DNA from: Candidatus Woesearchaeota archaeon
GTDB taxonomy: Archaea; Nanobdellota; Nanobdellia; Woesearchaeales; JAZDKJ01
Length of the DNA: 64,000 bases
Direction: 5' to 3'
NCBI GenBank assembly: GCA_043803105.1
Contig: JAZDKJ010000012.1
Location: forward strand, 118,150-182,149
Made by a program: the position numbers and the translations under genes. The stretch's first letter is position 1. Every line of letters starts with the position of its first letter. The notes below the pieces were generated by a model. That model made no database searches, was not told where the DNA came from, and saw nothing but the letters and a program-made list of their open reading frames with translations. Positions 17,700-27,638 of the stretch are shown piece after piece.

Positions 17700-18042
17700 T
17701 TCCTTGTTCTCCTGCAATCGCAAACCTGATTCCGAGGCCCAGCCTTATTAGGGCAGCGATGATTGCTGTGTGCTCTTTTCCAGTACCCGAGATAATGTTT
17801 ACTGCCACCTCAAAGTCTGTTATCTTTCCTTGAAGTTTTGCCTGTATCTCTTCCACCAGCATTCCTATTTCCTTGTTGAAGTCCACAGTTATGATTTCCG
17901 TATTTTGCCCTTTTTCGAATTTGCCAGATCCGAATTCGTTTGTTATGATGTACACCTTGTCCCAGTTCTCTTGCTTAATCAGTCTATAGACGTGAACCCA
18001 GGTGCCTTGTCCAGTTGACACGCAAGCTATTAGTGATGTCAT
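17686..18042 (-). CDS. Small Rossmann-like hypothetical protein (possibly CARF-like)
   Basis: 'LIACVSTGQGT', 'DKVYIIT', 'VAVNIISGTGKEH' alpha/beta pattern. Confidence 0.65.
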   Translation of the reverse strand: MTSLIACVSTGQGTWVHVYRLIKQENWDKVYIITNEFGSGKFEKGQNTEIITVDFNKEIGMLVEEIQAKLQGKITDFEVAVNIISGTGKEHTAIIAALIRLGLGIRFAIAGEQGITEV

Positions 18043-18093
18043 ATCTTAACCAAATAAAATCCCATATATATACTTTTGTAAACATTTAAAAAT

Positions 18094-18684
18094 ATGCGCG
18101 CTTTCTATCCTATCATGTTCTTCACAATCCACGAGATGTTTGATATTATTGTCATGAGCCTGGCTGTTGGCTTTATCTTCTCAGACCTCGCTAGCCGCTT
18201 CAAGCCTCAAAAAGATCCTCTGCTGGATCTTTCTAAGGGTTACTTGAACTGGGATGACCTCAAGTTTTCTGTGTTGGCAACGGCTCCAGCTGTTCTTTTT
18301 CATGAATTGTCCCATAAGTTTCTTGCCCTTGGCTATGGAATGCAGGCAACCTTTAATGCTGCTTATGGATGGCTTGGTCTAGGTGTAATATTGAAGCTCT
18401 TGAAGTTTCCATTCATATTTTTTGTTCCAGCCTATATTTCCATCTCAGGCAATGGTACTCCCCTTCAGCATGCCTTGATTGCTGTTGCCGGTCCTGCAAT
18501 GAATGGTTTTTTGTGGCTCTTATCTTTCTTGTTCTTGAAATCAAGGACTTTCAAGAGGAAATATGATGGCCTGCTTTTTTTGACAGGTAAAATTAATATG
18601 TTCCTGTTCATCTTTAACCTGCTGCCGATTCCAGGATTTGACGGCTTCACATTTTATACTCGACTGTTTGCTGCATTTTCCTGA
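18094..18684 (+). CDS. M50 family site-2 intramembrane metalloprotease
   Basis: HELSH, 'AVAGP', 'NLLPIPGFDG'. Confidence 0.9.
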   Translation: MRAFYPIMFFTIHEMFDIIVMSLAVGFIFSDLASRFKPQKDPLLDLSKGYLNWDDLKFSVLATAPAVLFHELSHKFLALGYGMQATFNAAYGWLGLGVILKLLKFPFIFFVPAYISISGNGTPLQHALIAVAGPAMNGFLWLLSFLFLKSRTFKRKYDGLLFLTGKINMFLFIFNLLPIPGFDGFTFYTRLFAAFS

Positions 18685-19832
18685 TGCTACCTGACTACAA
18701 GGGCGGAAGTATTGTTAACCTGATGAGTTCGATCTCTCGTGCATTGGGCGCTAGATCTTCCTATCAGCCGTTGAAAGGCCTGCCCCCTAAAGAGCTCACT
18801 GGATTTAGGAACATTGTGCTAATTGTTGTTGATGGTTTAGGTTATGAATACCTTGCTTCAATTGGCAGGAAGACAGTGCTCGCAAGTTACCTTAGAGGTC
18901 ATATAACGACAGTTTTCCCAGCCACCACCACTGCTGCCATCACTACTTTTGCCACCGGCCTTGCGCCTCAGGAACATGGTTTGACTGGTTGGTTCATGCA
19001 TGCAAAGGAACTTGGCACAGTTATTATCCCGTTGCAGTTTAGTCCTCGACTCGGCCCAGTGAGCCTCTCTTCTTTTGGAGTGGACCCAAAAATATTTTTT
19101 GATCAAAAACCAATTTTCCCGCGCCTTAAGGCAGATTCCTACGTAATCACGACAATGGGAATTGATTCTACTGATTATAACACTGCATTGTTTGGTCATC
19201 CCAAAAAGTTGCTGTATAATTCTCTGCCGAATTTTTTCTCACAGATAAGCCGCGCAGTCCATTTGAGTAACCGTAGAAAGTTTGTCTATGCGTATTGGCC
19301 GGATTTTGACCTTATCTGTCATGCAAAGGGCACTAAGAGCCGGGAGTTAAAGGATCACCTCTTTTATTTCGACCGGCAGTTTGCGCTCTTTCTGCGTTCG
19401 ATGAAAGACTCCTTGGTTATTGTTACAGCTGATCATGGCATGATTGATGTCCCGAGCAAAAACCTTTTGCAGCTCAGAGACCACCCTAAGCTTCAGGAAA
19501 CCTTGACCCTTCCTTTGTGCGGTGAGGCCAGGTGTCCCTTCTGTTATGTTCACCCGCATAAGGCCAGGCAATTTGAGAGATATGTGAGGACAAAGCTTGC
19601 TAGGTTTTGCAGCTTACATAAGAGTTCTGAGCTTGTTGCAAAGCAAGTCTTTGGCATCCGAAAGCCCCATCCTAAGCTTTACGATCGGATTGGTGATTAT
19701 GTGCTGTTGATGAAGGATGGTTTTGCCCTGAAAGATTCCCTCCTGTCAAGAAAGAGGTATTCACATCCAGGAAGGCACGGGGGTGTAAGCAGCCACGAGA
19801 TGCTTGTGCCTCTGATAGTGGTTAAGAAATAG
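18684..19832 (+). CDS. Alkaline-phosphatase superfamily nucleotide pyrophosphatase/phosphodiesterase
   Basis: 'VVDGLG', 'FPATT', 'DLICH', 'VTADHG', 'GRHGG'. Confidence 0.88.
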   Translation: MLPDYKGGSIVNLMSSISRALGARSSYQPLKGLPPKELTGFRNIVLIVVDGLGYEYLASIGRKTVLASYLRGHITTVFPATTTAAITTFATGLAPQEHGLTGWFMHAKELGTVIIPLQFSPRLGPVSLSSFGVDPKIFFDQKPIFPRLKADSYVITTMGIDSTDYNTALFGHPKKLLYNSLPNFFSQISRAVHLSNRRKFVYAYWPDFDLICHAKGTKSRELKDHLFYFDRQFALFLRSMKDSLVIVTADHGMIDVPSKNLLQLRDHPKLQETLTLPLCGEARCPFCYVHPHKARQFERYVRTKLARFCSLHKSSELVAKQVFGIRKPHPKLYDRIGDYVLLMKDGFALKDSLLSRKRYSHPGRHGGVSSHEMLVPLIVVKK

Positions 19833-20780
19833 CTATTGCTCTTGGCTTGACGCGTCCTGTGCTACCGTCAATAGTTCAATTATTTGGGTTTCAGTCATGT
19901 TGGTGAATTCGTATACCTCTTCTTCGCTCATTTTCCAGAGTTTCTTCCACCCAGTGTCTGTGCTAAGGAAATCCACTTGATTGGCTCCTTGTTTTATTGC
20001 GTTCTTGATATGCTCTAAGGTCATCAGTTTGCCTATATTGGACGCTGCTATGTTGTTTCCACCCATAAGGACATTGTAGTTGCTGTTGTATAGCACTGCA
20101 ACCTCTACCGCTTCCACGATTCCGTTTGCCTCAATACTGAGCATATGCAGTTCTCCTCTTTCCTTTGCAGTGTTTACAAGCCTTCTGAATCCGTCGATAA
20201 ATAGTTTTTCCGCAAAGAAGGATTCGTCTCCGAACCTTAGCTTGTTTAGCTCAGCCATCCTTTCATAATCGCTCAGCCTGTTGTGATGAATCTGGTAGCC
20301 TTGCCTATGCAGTTGTTCCATGTCCCTCCTAAGGTTCTTCCTGTGCTTGCTCGAAAACGCTGCAAGGTATCCTTCCAGGGAATGGCCGCACTTATCGAGT
20401 TCTATGAAATATCTGCTGTCAGATTGTTTCATCTCTGCATGCTTCGCCTCTGTGCCTTCGATGTATGACAGGCAGGTCCTTTCCGGAATCTCATTCAAGA
20501 ACAATGGAATATTCGCTTTGTCTTTCACAAAGAACTTGTTTCTCTCGGTGAAATAGCCGCCGAAGAATTCGAACCAGTTCTCATTGATCACTCTCCATAA
20601 GGGTAGTATTCCCTCAATCTCCATACCCTCCCTTCCGACTATGAAGTATGGCTCATAGTGTTTCTCATCAAACAGGCAGCACCTATACTCCCATTTGTCG
20701 AAAAGTGTCTCTGCTGCCGAGTTCTCTTCCCAGAGTTTTCTGCACTCTTCGATGTCCTTAATAATAGAAAATGTTATCAT
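19833..20780 (-). CDS. GNAT-family acetyltransferase (CelD/BcsL-like)
   Basis: 'YLAAFSSKHRKNLRR', 'NIGKLM', 'VDFL...WKKLW'. Confidence 0.75.
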   Translation of the reverse strand: MITFSIIKDIEECRKLWEENSAAETLFDKWEYRCCLFDEKHYEPYFIVGREGMEIEGILPLWRVINENWFEFFGGYFTERNKFFVKDKANIPLFLNEIPERTCLSYIEGTEAKHAEMKQSDSRYFIELDKCGHSLEGYLAAFSSKHRKNLRRDMEQLHRQGYQIHHNRLSDYERMAELNKLRFGDESFFAEKLFIDGFRRLVNTAKERGELHMLSIEANGIVEAVEVAVLYNSNYNVLMGGNNIAASNIGKLMTLEHIKNAIKQGANQVDFLSTDTGWKKLWKMSEEEVYEFTNMTETQIIELLTVAQDASSQEQ

Positions 20781-20878
20781 TGAGTTAAGCTCGTTGATTG
20801 CGCCTCATTTAAAAAGTTATGCAATCAACAATGTTGCTACAAATTTTTTTTGGCCCATAAATTTATATATCGCCTCAA

Positions 20879-22510
20879 TTGTTCGAAATCGTGCACCAAA
20901 CAAAATATGTTGTTGTGACAGGCGGGGTTATTTCTGGTCTTGGCAAGGGCATTTGCGCTGCTTCGATTGCCTCCTTGCTTCAAGCGCAGGGTTTGGCTGT
21001 ATCTGTTGTGAAGATTGATCCCTATATTAATCTCGACGCCGGGACAATGCGGCCCACTGAGCACGGCGAGGTTTTTGTCACAGATGATGGCGGTGAGACT
21101 GATCAGGACTTGGGAAACTATGAGCGCTTCCTTGACAAGTCGTTCACAAAGCTGCATAACATAACTACCGGCCAGGTTTATGAGTCTGTCATTCACAGGG
21201 AAAGGAACCTTGAGTATAACGGCAAGTGCGTTGAGGTGATTCCTCATATTCCGCTTGAGGTCCAATCGCGTATCAAGGAGTTGGCTTCAAAGGATAAGGC
21301 TGATGTTATGATGATTGAGGTTGGCGGAACTATTGGTGATTATCAAAGTGTTTTATTTCTGGAGGCCATGCGCGAGATGAAGCGTGAGAGCAACAACATG
21401 GTTTTTGTCCATGTTGTTTACCTTCCTATTCCTTCAAATATTGGTGAGATGAAGACAAAGCCTGCACAGCATTCTGTCCGAGACCTTATGGCTTCCGGAA
21501 TTCAGCCTGATTTCATCGTTGGCAGGTCTGAGAAACCTATTGACGAGATAAGGAAGGACAAGCTTGCCTTGTTTTGCAATGTGAAAAAAGCAGACATTGT
21601 TTCCTCGCCAGATGTTGACTCTATCTATAGGGTGCCCCTTGTTTTTGAAGCGCAGGGTTTCACGAAAAATCTTCTTGCGAAGCTTGGCCTTCCATACAAA
21701 CCCAATAAGCTTGGCATCTGGCCCAATCTATCTCATAAGATTGCTGATGCGAAGGAAATCGTAAAGATTGGTATTGTGGGCAAGTACTTCGATATCGGTG
21801 ACTTTGTGCTTGAGGACTCCTACATCTCTGTTATTGAATCAATCAGGCATGCTTGTTTTTCCTGTGGCGCCAAGCCGCAGATCTGCTGGATCGACTCCAA
21901 GGCTCTTGAGTCTGGCACCTCTTCGCTTTCTGGCTTTGATGCCATTATTGTTCCTGGAGGCTTTGGCAGTTCTGGTGTAGAAGGTAAGATTAATGCCATC
22001 CGCTTTTGTCGTGAGCAAAAAATTCCTTTCCTTGGCCTCTGCTATGGTCTTCAGCTTGCAGTAGTTGAGTTTGCGCGTAATGTTTGTGGTTTAAAGGATG
22101 CCCATACCACTGAGATAAATCCGAAAACCAAGCATCCTGTTGTCGCCATTCTGCCAGACCAAGTCAAGCATATTCAATCCTCAAATTATGGCGGCACCAT
22201 GCGGCTCGGCGCGTTTCCTGCAAAATTAAAAAAAGGCTCTCTTGTTCATTCTCTTTACAAGTCTGATCTTGTCTCAGAGCGTCACAGGCATCGTTATGAG
22301 GTAAATCCTGATTATGTTGTGGCTCTAGAAAAGCAGGGCCTTGTTTTTTCGGGAACCTCTCCTGACCATAGGTTGATGGAATTCCTCGAACTTCCCAATC
22401 ATCCCTTCTTTGTTGCCACCCAGGCGCATCCTGAGTTCAAGTCAAGGCCGATGCGTCCGAGCCCATGCTTTTTTGGCTTGATTAAGGCTGCTTTAGCGAG
22501 GAAAACGTAA
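20879..22510 (+). CDS. pyrG: CTP synthase
   Basis: 'VTGGVISGLGKG', 'EHGEVFVTDDGGETDQDLGNYERF', 'GLCYGLQ', 'ERHRHRYE', 'QAHPEF'; exact start uncertain (TTG 20879 or GTG 20891). Confidence 0.97.
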   Translation: MFEIVHQTKYVVVTGGVISGLGKGICAASIASLLQAQGLAVSVVKIDPYINLDAGTMRPTEHGEVFVTDDGGETDQDLGNYERFLDKSFTKLHNITTGQVYESVIHRERNLEYNGKCVEVIPHIPLEVQSRIKELASKDKADVMMIEVGGTIGDYQSVLFLEAMREMKRESNNMVFVHVVYLPIPSNIGEMKTKPAQHSVRDLMASGIQPDFIVGRSEKPIDEIRKDKLALFCNVKKADIVSSPDVDSIYRVPLVFEAQGFTKNLLAKLGLPYKPNKLGIWPNLSHKIADAKEIVKIGIVGKYFDIGDFVLEDSYISVIESIRHACFSCGAKPQICWIDSKALESGTSSLSGFDAIIVPGGFGSSGVEGKINAIRFCREQKIPFLGLCYGLQLAVVEFARNVCGLKDAHTTEINPKTKHPVVAILPDQVKHIQSSNYGGTMRLGAFPAKLKKGSLVHSLYKSDLVSERHRHRYEVNPDYVVALEKQGLVFSGTSPDHRLMEFLELPNHPFFVATQAHPEFKSRPMRPSPCFFGLIKAALARKT

Positions 22511-22550
22511 ATCCGTAACCTTTATTAATTAACCACTGTTTCAGCCACCT

Positions 22551-23489
22551 ATGGTTGAGGAATCAAAGGAACGGCACCCTTTTTTAACAAAAGTTGAGCG
22601 CTTCTTTGACAAGAACTACAAGAGACTTGTGATTATTACTCAGGTTATGTTGGTTCTGGCTATTCTTCAGATTGGTTTCCAGGTTGTTCACACCGGTGAT
22701 TTCATCAACAAGGGTATAAGCCTGAAGGGAGGAGTGACTCTTACTTTTGCTGATAACCAGAATATTGATACGAACGCTTTACTCAGAAGTTTGAAGCAGT
22801 CGTTTCCCAATAATGATATTAATGTTAGGACCCTCTCCCAGGCAGGCCAGCCTTCCGGAATTGTTGTTGAGGCAGATTTTAGTATAAATGATAAGGCTTC
22901 TGTTGACAAGATACTTGGTTTGGTTCAGCAATTCTATGGCAAGGAGCTAAAAGACTACAGCGTTGAAAATATTAGCTCTTCTCTCTCCACCGGTTTCTTC
23001 TCCCAGGTTGTTTTTGCCCTTATCTTGGCTTTCATTTTCATGGGTATTGTTGTTGTTGTGACCTTCCGCACAGCTGTTCCAAGCTTTGCTGTCATCCTCT
23101 GCGGTTTTTCTGATATTATTGAGACCATAGCTGTTGTAAACCTGACTGGCATGAAGCTTGGCACCGCCTCCATTGCAGCTTTCCTTATGCTCATTGGTTA
23201 TTCTGTAGATACTGATATTCTTCTTACTACAAAGGTCATAAAGCAAAAAGGCGGCGCAGTGATCGATCGTGTTTGGCGCGCCACAAAGACAGGTCTAACA
23301 ATGACAATGACAACCGTTGGCGCAGTTCTTGTCGGCCTGTTTTTCACCCAATCAGATTCAATCAGGCAAATCATGATAATAATCATTATAGGTCTCGTAA
23401 TTGACATGTTCAACACCTGGATCCAGAACGTAGCAATCCTGCGCTGGTACGAGGAAAGGAAGGAGAACAAGCATGAATCCAAAGTTTAG
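22551..23489 (+). CDS. secF: Protein translocase subunit SecF
   Basis: 'KGISLKGG', 'LMLIGYSVDTDILLT', multiple TMs. Confidence 0.92.
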   Translation: MVEESKERHPFLTKVERFFDKNYKRLVIITQVMLVLAILQIGFQVVHTGDFINKGISLKGGVTLTFADNQNIDTNALLRSLKQSFPNNDINVRTLSQAGQPSGIVVEADFSINDKASVDKILGLVQQFYGKELKDYSVENISSSLSTGFFSQVVFALILAFIFMGIVVVVTFRTAVPSFAVILCGFSDIIETIAVVNLTGMKLGTASIAAFLMLIGYSVDTDILLTTKVIKQKGGAVIDRVWRATKTGLTMTMTTVGAVLVGLFFTQSDSIRQIMIIIIIGLVIDMFNTWIQNVAILRWYEERKENKHESKV

Positions 23490-25227
23490 GAAGCTTTTCA
23501 CCAACGTGAGGGTTATCATTCTAGTCGCATTCCTCTTGTTTGCAATTATTGCCATTCATCCTTCTCCAAATGTCAAGGGTGTTGCGATAAGGACAGTTAC
23601 TTACAACAGTTCTGCGAATCTGGCAGGGATGGTTAATCCTAAGCCAAACACTGCTCCACTGAGCAGGGAGCGCATTCTTTCAGTGAACGGTATCGAGGTC
23701 AACACTGTTGCTGATTACTTCAATAAGATTGCCCTGCTTCAGCCAGGCCAGCTTGTTGATATTGTTACAACCAAAGGCTCTTACAGTCTTGTTGTCAAGG
23801 AGAATACAAAGATTATCACTTTGAATTCTACTGTTCCGAAGGTTATCAAAGAGATATATTTGGTGAATGAGACTGTTGGCAATGTTACCAAAGAGGTTAA
23901 CAAGACAGTGTCAAGGACTGTTCAGGTTCCTAAGACTGAAGTTGTCTCTCTAGGTTCTCAGGACCTCGGTCTTAAGGTCTATCAGGCCCCTACCACAAAC
24001 ATCAGAAAAGGTCTAGATCTTCAGGGAGGCACTCGAGTTCTTCTTGAGCCTGCAGAGAGGCTTTCATCTGACCAGCTTAGCATACTCCTGGCCAATATGG
24101 AGCAGCGCTTAAACGTTTTCGGCCTGAGCGATATAACTATCAGGGCTGCTGACGATCTCTCCGGAAAGCAGTTTATTATTGTTGAGATTGCCGGCGCTAA
24201 CGAAGAAGAGGTAAAGGATCTCCTTGCAAAGCAGGGCAAGTTTGAGGCAAAGATTGGCAACCAGACTGTGTTCAGCGGTGGCTCAAGGGATATCACTTAT
24301 GTTTGCCGGTCTTCTGATTGTGCTGGTATTGACCCTCAGACAGGATGCGGTCCTGTGCAGACTGGTTATGCCTGCAGTTTCCGTTTCTCTATTGCGTTGA
24401 AGCCTGAGGCTGCACAGCGTCAGGCAGATATCACCTCAAAGCTTAAGGTTGTCGCGCGCGACCAGTCCGGTCAAGCCCTCTCAAAAGACAACCAGTACCT
24501 TAATGAGACCATCGATCTTTTCCTGGACAATCAGAAAGTTGACACCCTAAACATTGGTGCTGACCTGAAGGGTAGGGCAGTCACAGATATTGCCATTTCA
24601 GGCAGCGGCGTTGGGGCCACCCAACAGGAAGCATTGCAGAACAGCCTTGATAACATGAAGAGGCTTCAGACTATCATAGTTACAGGAAGCCTTCCTGTCA
24701 AGCTTAACATTGTCAAGACAGATTCCCTCTCTGCAGTCTTAGGTGAGCAGTTCATCAAGAACTCCTTGCTGGTTGGTGTTCTTGCTATCTTCGCAGTTGC
24801 CCTGGTTATCTTTATTCGCTACCACAAATTTTCTGTTTCCATCCCGATACTTATTTTCATGTTTTCCGAGATAACCTTGCTGCTTGGTTTTGCAGCCCTC
24901 ATCGGCTGGAACCTTGATCTTGCTGCCATCGCAGGCATTATCATCTCAATTGGCAGTGGTGTTGACCACGCTGTTATCATCACTGACGAGCTATTTGCCG
25001 GTGAGCTAGGCTCCCAGTCCACCAATTGGCGTCAGAGAATCAAGAATGCATTTTTCATAGTATTTTCTTCCTACGCAACCGTCGTGGTTGCCATGATTCC
25101 GCTTTACTATGCAGGAGCTGGGATGCTGAAGGGTTTTGCGATTACGACAATAATGGGTCTAAGCTTCGGTGTGTTTGTTACAAGGCCAGCCTTTGCAGCC
25201 TTGGTTGAGATTTTTTTAAAAGAGTAG
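23473..25227 (+). CDS. secD: Protein translocase subunit SecD (with PDZ-like insert)
   Basis: 'KGLDLQGG', 'RLNVFGL', 'GSLPV', 'IGSGVDHAVIITDE', 'LKGFA'. Confidence 0.93.
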   Translation: MNPKFRKLFTNVRVIILVAFLLFAIIAIHPSPNVKGVAIRTVTYNSSANLAGMVNPKPNTAPLSRERILSVNGIEVNTVADYFNKIALLQPGQLVDIVTTKGSYSLVVKENTKIITLNSTVPKVIKEIYLVNETVGNVTKEVNKTVSRTVQVPKTEVVSLGSQDLGLKVYQAPTTNIRKGLDLQGGTRVLLEPAERLSSDQLSILLANMEQRLNVFGLSDITIRAADDLSGKQFIIVEIAGANEEEVKDLLAKQGKFEAKIGNQTVFSGGSRDITYVCRSSDCAGIDPQTGCGPVQTGYACSFRFSIALKPEAAQRQADITSKLKVVARDQSGQALSKDNQYLNETIDLFLDNQKVDTLNIGADLKGRAVTDIAISGSGVGATQQEALQNSLDNMKRLQTIIVTGSLPVKLNIVKTDSLSAVLGEQFIKNSLLVGVLAIFAVALVIFIRYHKFSVSIPILIFMFSEITLLLGFAALIGWNLDLAAIAGIIISIGSGVDHAVIITDELFAGELGSQSTNWRQRIKNAFFIVFSSYATVVVAMIPLYYAGAGMLKGFAITTIMGLSFGVFVTRPAFAALVEIFLKE

Positions 25228-25237
25228 GTGACAAAAA

Positions 25238-25606
25238 TTGGCTAAGTGGTGGGCTTTTGCCTTGATGTTTCTTTGCACTTTGTTTACCTCTTTTGCCCAA
25301 TTATTTTATAAGAAGGGTGCCTTGGCTCTCTCACCAAGCGTTGAAGGCATTTTGTTCAATACGTTTCTCTTGATTGGCATTTGCCTTTATGTTGTGGGTG
25401 CTTTCCTTATGCTTGCTGCCCTGCGCGGTGGTGAGCTTTCTGTGCTTTATCCTATTATTGCAACGAGTTTTATTTGGGTTAGTTTGATCTCTGCTTTTTT
25501 CCTTGGCGAGTCTATGAATATCTTGAAATGGTTTGGTGTCGCCTCAATAATTTTTGGCATCAGCCTTATTGGGTTTGGAAGTGGAGGTGCTGCTAATGCC
25601 AGCTGA
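25238..25606 (+). CDS. EamA/DMT (ArnE-like) 4-TM transporter subunit
   Basis: 'ALRGGELSVLYPI', four TMs; GGTGA SD-like site before TTG. Confidence 0.8.
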   Translation: MAKWWAFALMFLCTLFTSFAQLFYKKGALALSPSVEGILFNTFLLIGICLYVVGAFLMLAALRGGELSVLYPIIATSFIWVSLISAFFLGESMNILKWFGVASIIFGISLIGFGSGGAANAS

Positions 25607-25949
25607 GCCCTGGGCTATCGGTTTGGTGTTGCTTGCGACAATTGTAGGTGCCTTTGGTCCTGTCTTTATGAAAAAGGCTTCAGGCAGGATGAAGTTTTCT
25701 CTCAAGTCTCTGCTGACCAACCATTACCTTATTCTTGGCTTCCTTCTCTATGGATTATCCACTGTCCTTTTTGTGCCTGCGCTTAAGGGCGGTGATCTCT
25801 CTGTAATCTACCCCATCGTTTCAGTTACTTACGTTTGGGTCAGCCTCCTCTCCATACATTATCTTAAGGAGAAGATGAGCGTCTGGAAATGGGCTGGCAT
25901 TTTTTTTGTCTTGTTAGGGGTTGTCCTGATAACCTTGGGGCGTGCCTGA
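25596..25949 (+). CDS. EamA/DMT (ArnE-like) 4-TM transporter subunit
   Basis: 'ALKGGDLSVIYPI'; GGAGGTG SD before ATG 25596. Confidence 0.8.
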   Translation: MPAEPWAIGLVLLATIVGAFGPVFMKKASGRMKFSLKSLLTNHYLILGFLLYGLSTVLFVPALKGGDLSVIYPIVSVTYVWVSLLSIHYLKEKMSVWKWAGIFFVLLGVVLITLGRA

Positions 25950-25950
25950 T

Positions 25951-26625
25951 ATGAAGCGCTTTGTGATATCTCTTGGTGGCTCGCTGATAGTGCCCTCAAA
26001 TATTGATGTTGCTTTTCTGCGTGCATTTAGAGTTCTCATTGTAAGCTTTATCAAGAGAGGCTATGCTTTTGTTATTGTCTGCGGCGGTGGTAAGGTCTGT
26101 CGTGACTACCAGGCTGCTGCGCGAAAGATCACCAAGGTCACAGGAGTTGACCTTGATTGGGTGGGCATTTCTTCCACACTTCTTAATGCCGAGCTTGTGC
26201 GCTCGATTTTTGGCAAGATTGCTTTCAGTCATGCGATTCTTAACCCTGAAAAGCGTCTGCTAACCGACAAGAAGCTGGTTGTGGCAGGCGGTTTTGAGCC
26301 TGGCTGGTCCTCAGACATGGACTCTGTGCTTTTTGCAGAGCAGTTTAAGGCTGATACAATAATCAATCTGTCAAATATTGACTATGTCTATGACAAGGAC
26401 CCTAACAAAGACAAGAACGCTAGGCCACTGGAAAGGCTTTCTTGGCAAGAGTTTACTAAGATATTTGGGAGAAGGTGGACCCCTGGGCTGAACTCTCCCT
26501 TTGATCCAATTGCAGCCCTTAAGGCAAGGCAGCTGAAGCTAAAGGCAGTTATCATGGGTTCTGACTTGAAAAACCTAAAAGGTTATCTTGATGGCAAGCC
26601 TTTCAAGGGCACAATTATAGAATAG
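25951..26625 (+). CDS. pyrH: UMP kinase
   Basis: 'VISLGGS', 'VCGGG', 'PGWSSD', 'YDKDP', 'PFDPIA', 'GTII'. Confidence 0.93.
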   Translation: MKRFVISLGGSLIVPSNIDVAFLRAFRVLIVSFIKRGYAFVIVCGGGKVCRDYQAAARKITKVTGVDLDWVGISSTLLNAELVRSIFGKIAFSHAILNPEKRLLTDKKLVVAGGFEPGWSSDMDSVLFAEQFKADTIINLSNIDYVYDKDPNKDKNARPLERLSWQEFTKIFGRRWTPGLNSPFDPIAALKARQLKLKAVIMGSDLKNLKGYLDGKPFKGTIIE

Positions 26626-26626
26626 G

Positions 26627-27598
26627 CTAAACCTCTGTTCCCTTGCCGCGAAATTCCTTGCGTTTTTGAGAATCCTCAAGTAAGGGTCTGACATACATGT
26701 TATAGGCATAAGGCACGCCGAAGTTCGCTGCGAAGTGCCAAAGCGATACAGTCTTGTATGTGTTCCTATGCTTGCCGGCAAAAATCTGTTCCTTGAGCGA
26801 ATTGATTATCTGTTGGCCTGAGCTTGTGTCAACATGAGCCTCTATCCCTGCTCTGCCAATTGCGTCCAAGGCCTCTACGCTTCTGGCATGTATATCAGTT
26901 CCAGCCACGAGTGGCACATTGTAACCTGCATTCTGCAACTTCAAACTTAGCTTGTAGGCCTTGTCGTTGATGTCTCCATCAAGAAGCAGCTGTCTTAGCC
27001 AACCAATGCAATACCCATTCCACTCCAATGCTATTCTGTCCTTGTATTCTCGGCATATTTGGATTAGCTCTTTCTCCTTTTCCTTTGTAATTTCTCTTCC
27101 AAAGTTTTTTACATTAGCATATGAGTGGCTGATTTTAACCAGCGCATTGTCCTTCAGTGCTCTGTCGATTATTTCCCTAGAATCCTTCCTGAACAGTCCT
27201 CTATCTGACCCTATTATAAGGAGATGGAAATAATCACAACTCTGTACTTCAGTAGCTCGTAGTATAAAGAAATCCCTGCCGTCCTTTTCGATTCTTATTG
27301 CAATCCTATCAGAGTCTACCCTGTATTTTCTTATCTTCTTGGTCTGTTGCTGCAGTTTATTATAGATTCTCCCGTTTAGGCGTTCTAAAGCGATAATGTC
27401 AATATCATTCCTGTCCATCGCATCTACAACCTGCTCCAGACTGAAACCTTTGTAGTAAAGGTGACAATGGTCTTCCACAAGCTTTGAGCCAGGTCCTAAA
27501 ATTCGTTTCTGAGGTCCTATCGTTTCTGGAATGCTTAAAAGTGTTAGACCTACACCAGAGGCAATGGCTGCCTGCAAGAAGTTTCGCCTATTAATCAT
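26627..27598 (-). CDS. PHP-fold-like protein with twin-arginine signal
   Basis: 'NRRNFLQ' plus hydrophobic region; 'DHCH', 'ATEV...FHLL', 'ISHS', 'LEWNG', 'GTDIH'. Confidence 0.7.
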   Translation of the reverse strand: MINRRNFLQAAIASGVGLTLLSIPETIGPQKRILGPGSKLVEDHCHLYYKGFSLEQVVDAMDRNDIDIIALERLNGRIYNKLQQQTKKIRKYRVDSDRIAIRIEKDGRDFFILRATEVQSCDYFHLLIIGSDRGLFRKDSREIIDRALKDNALVKISHSYANVKNFGREITKEKEKELIQICREYKDRIALEWNGYCIGWLRQLLLDGDINDKAYKLSLKLQNAGYNVPLVAGTDIHARSVEALDAIGRAGIEAHVDTSSGQQIINSLKEQIFAGKHRNTYKTVSLWHFAANFGVPYAYNMYVRPLLEDSQKRKEFRGKGTEV

Positions 27599-27638
27599 AT
27601 GCTTAAGGAAGTCCAATTATGAAATATAAAGGTAACTG

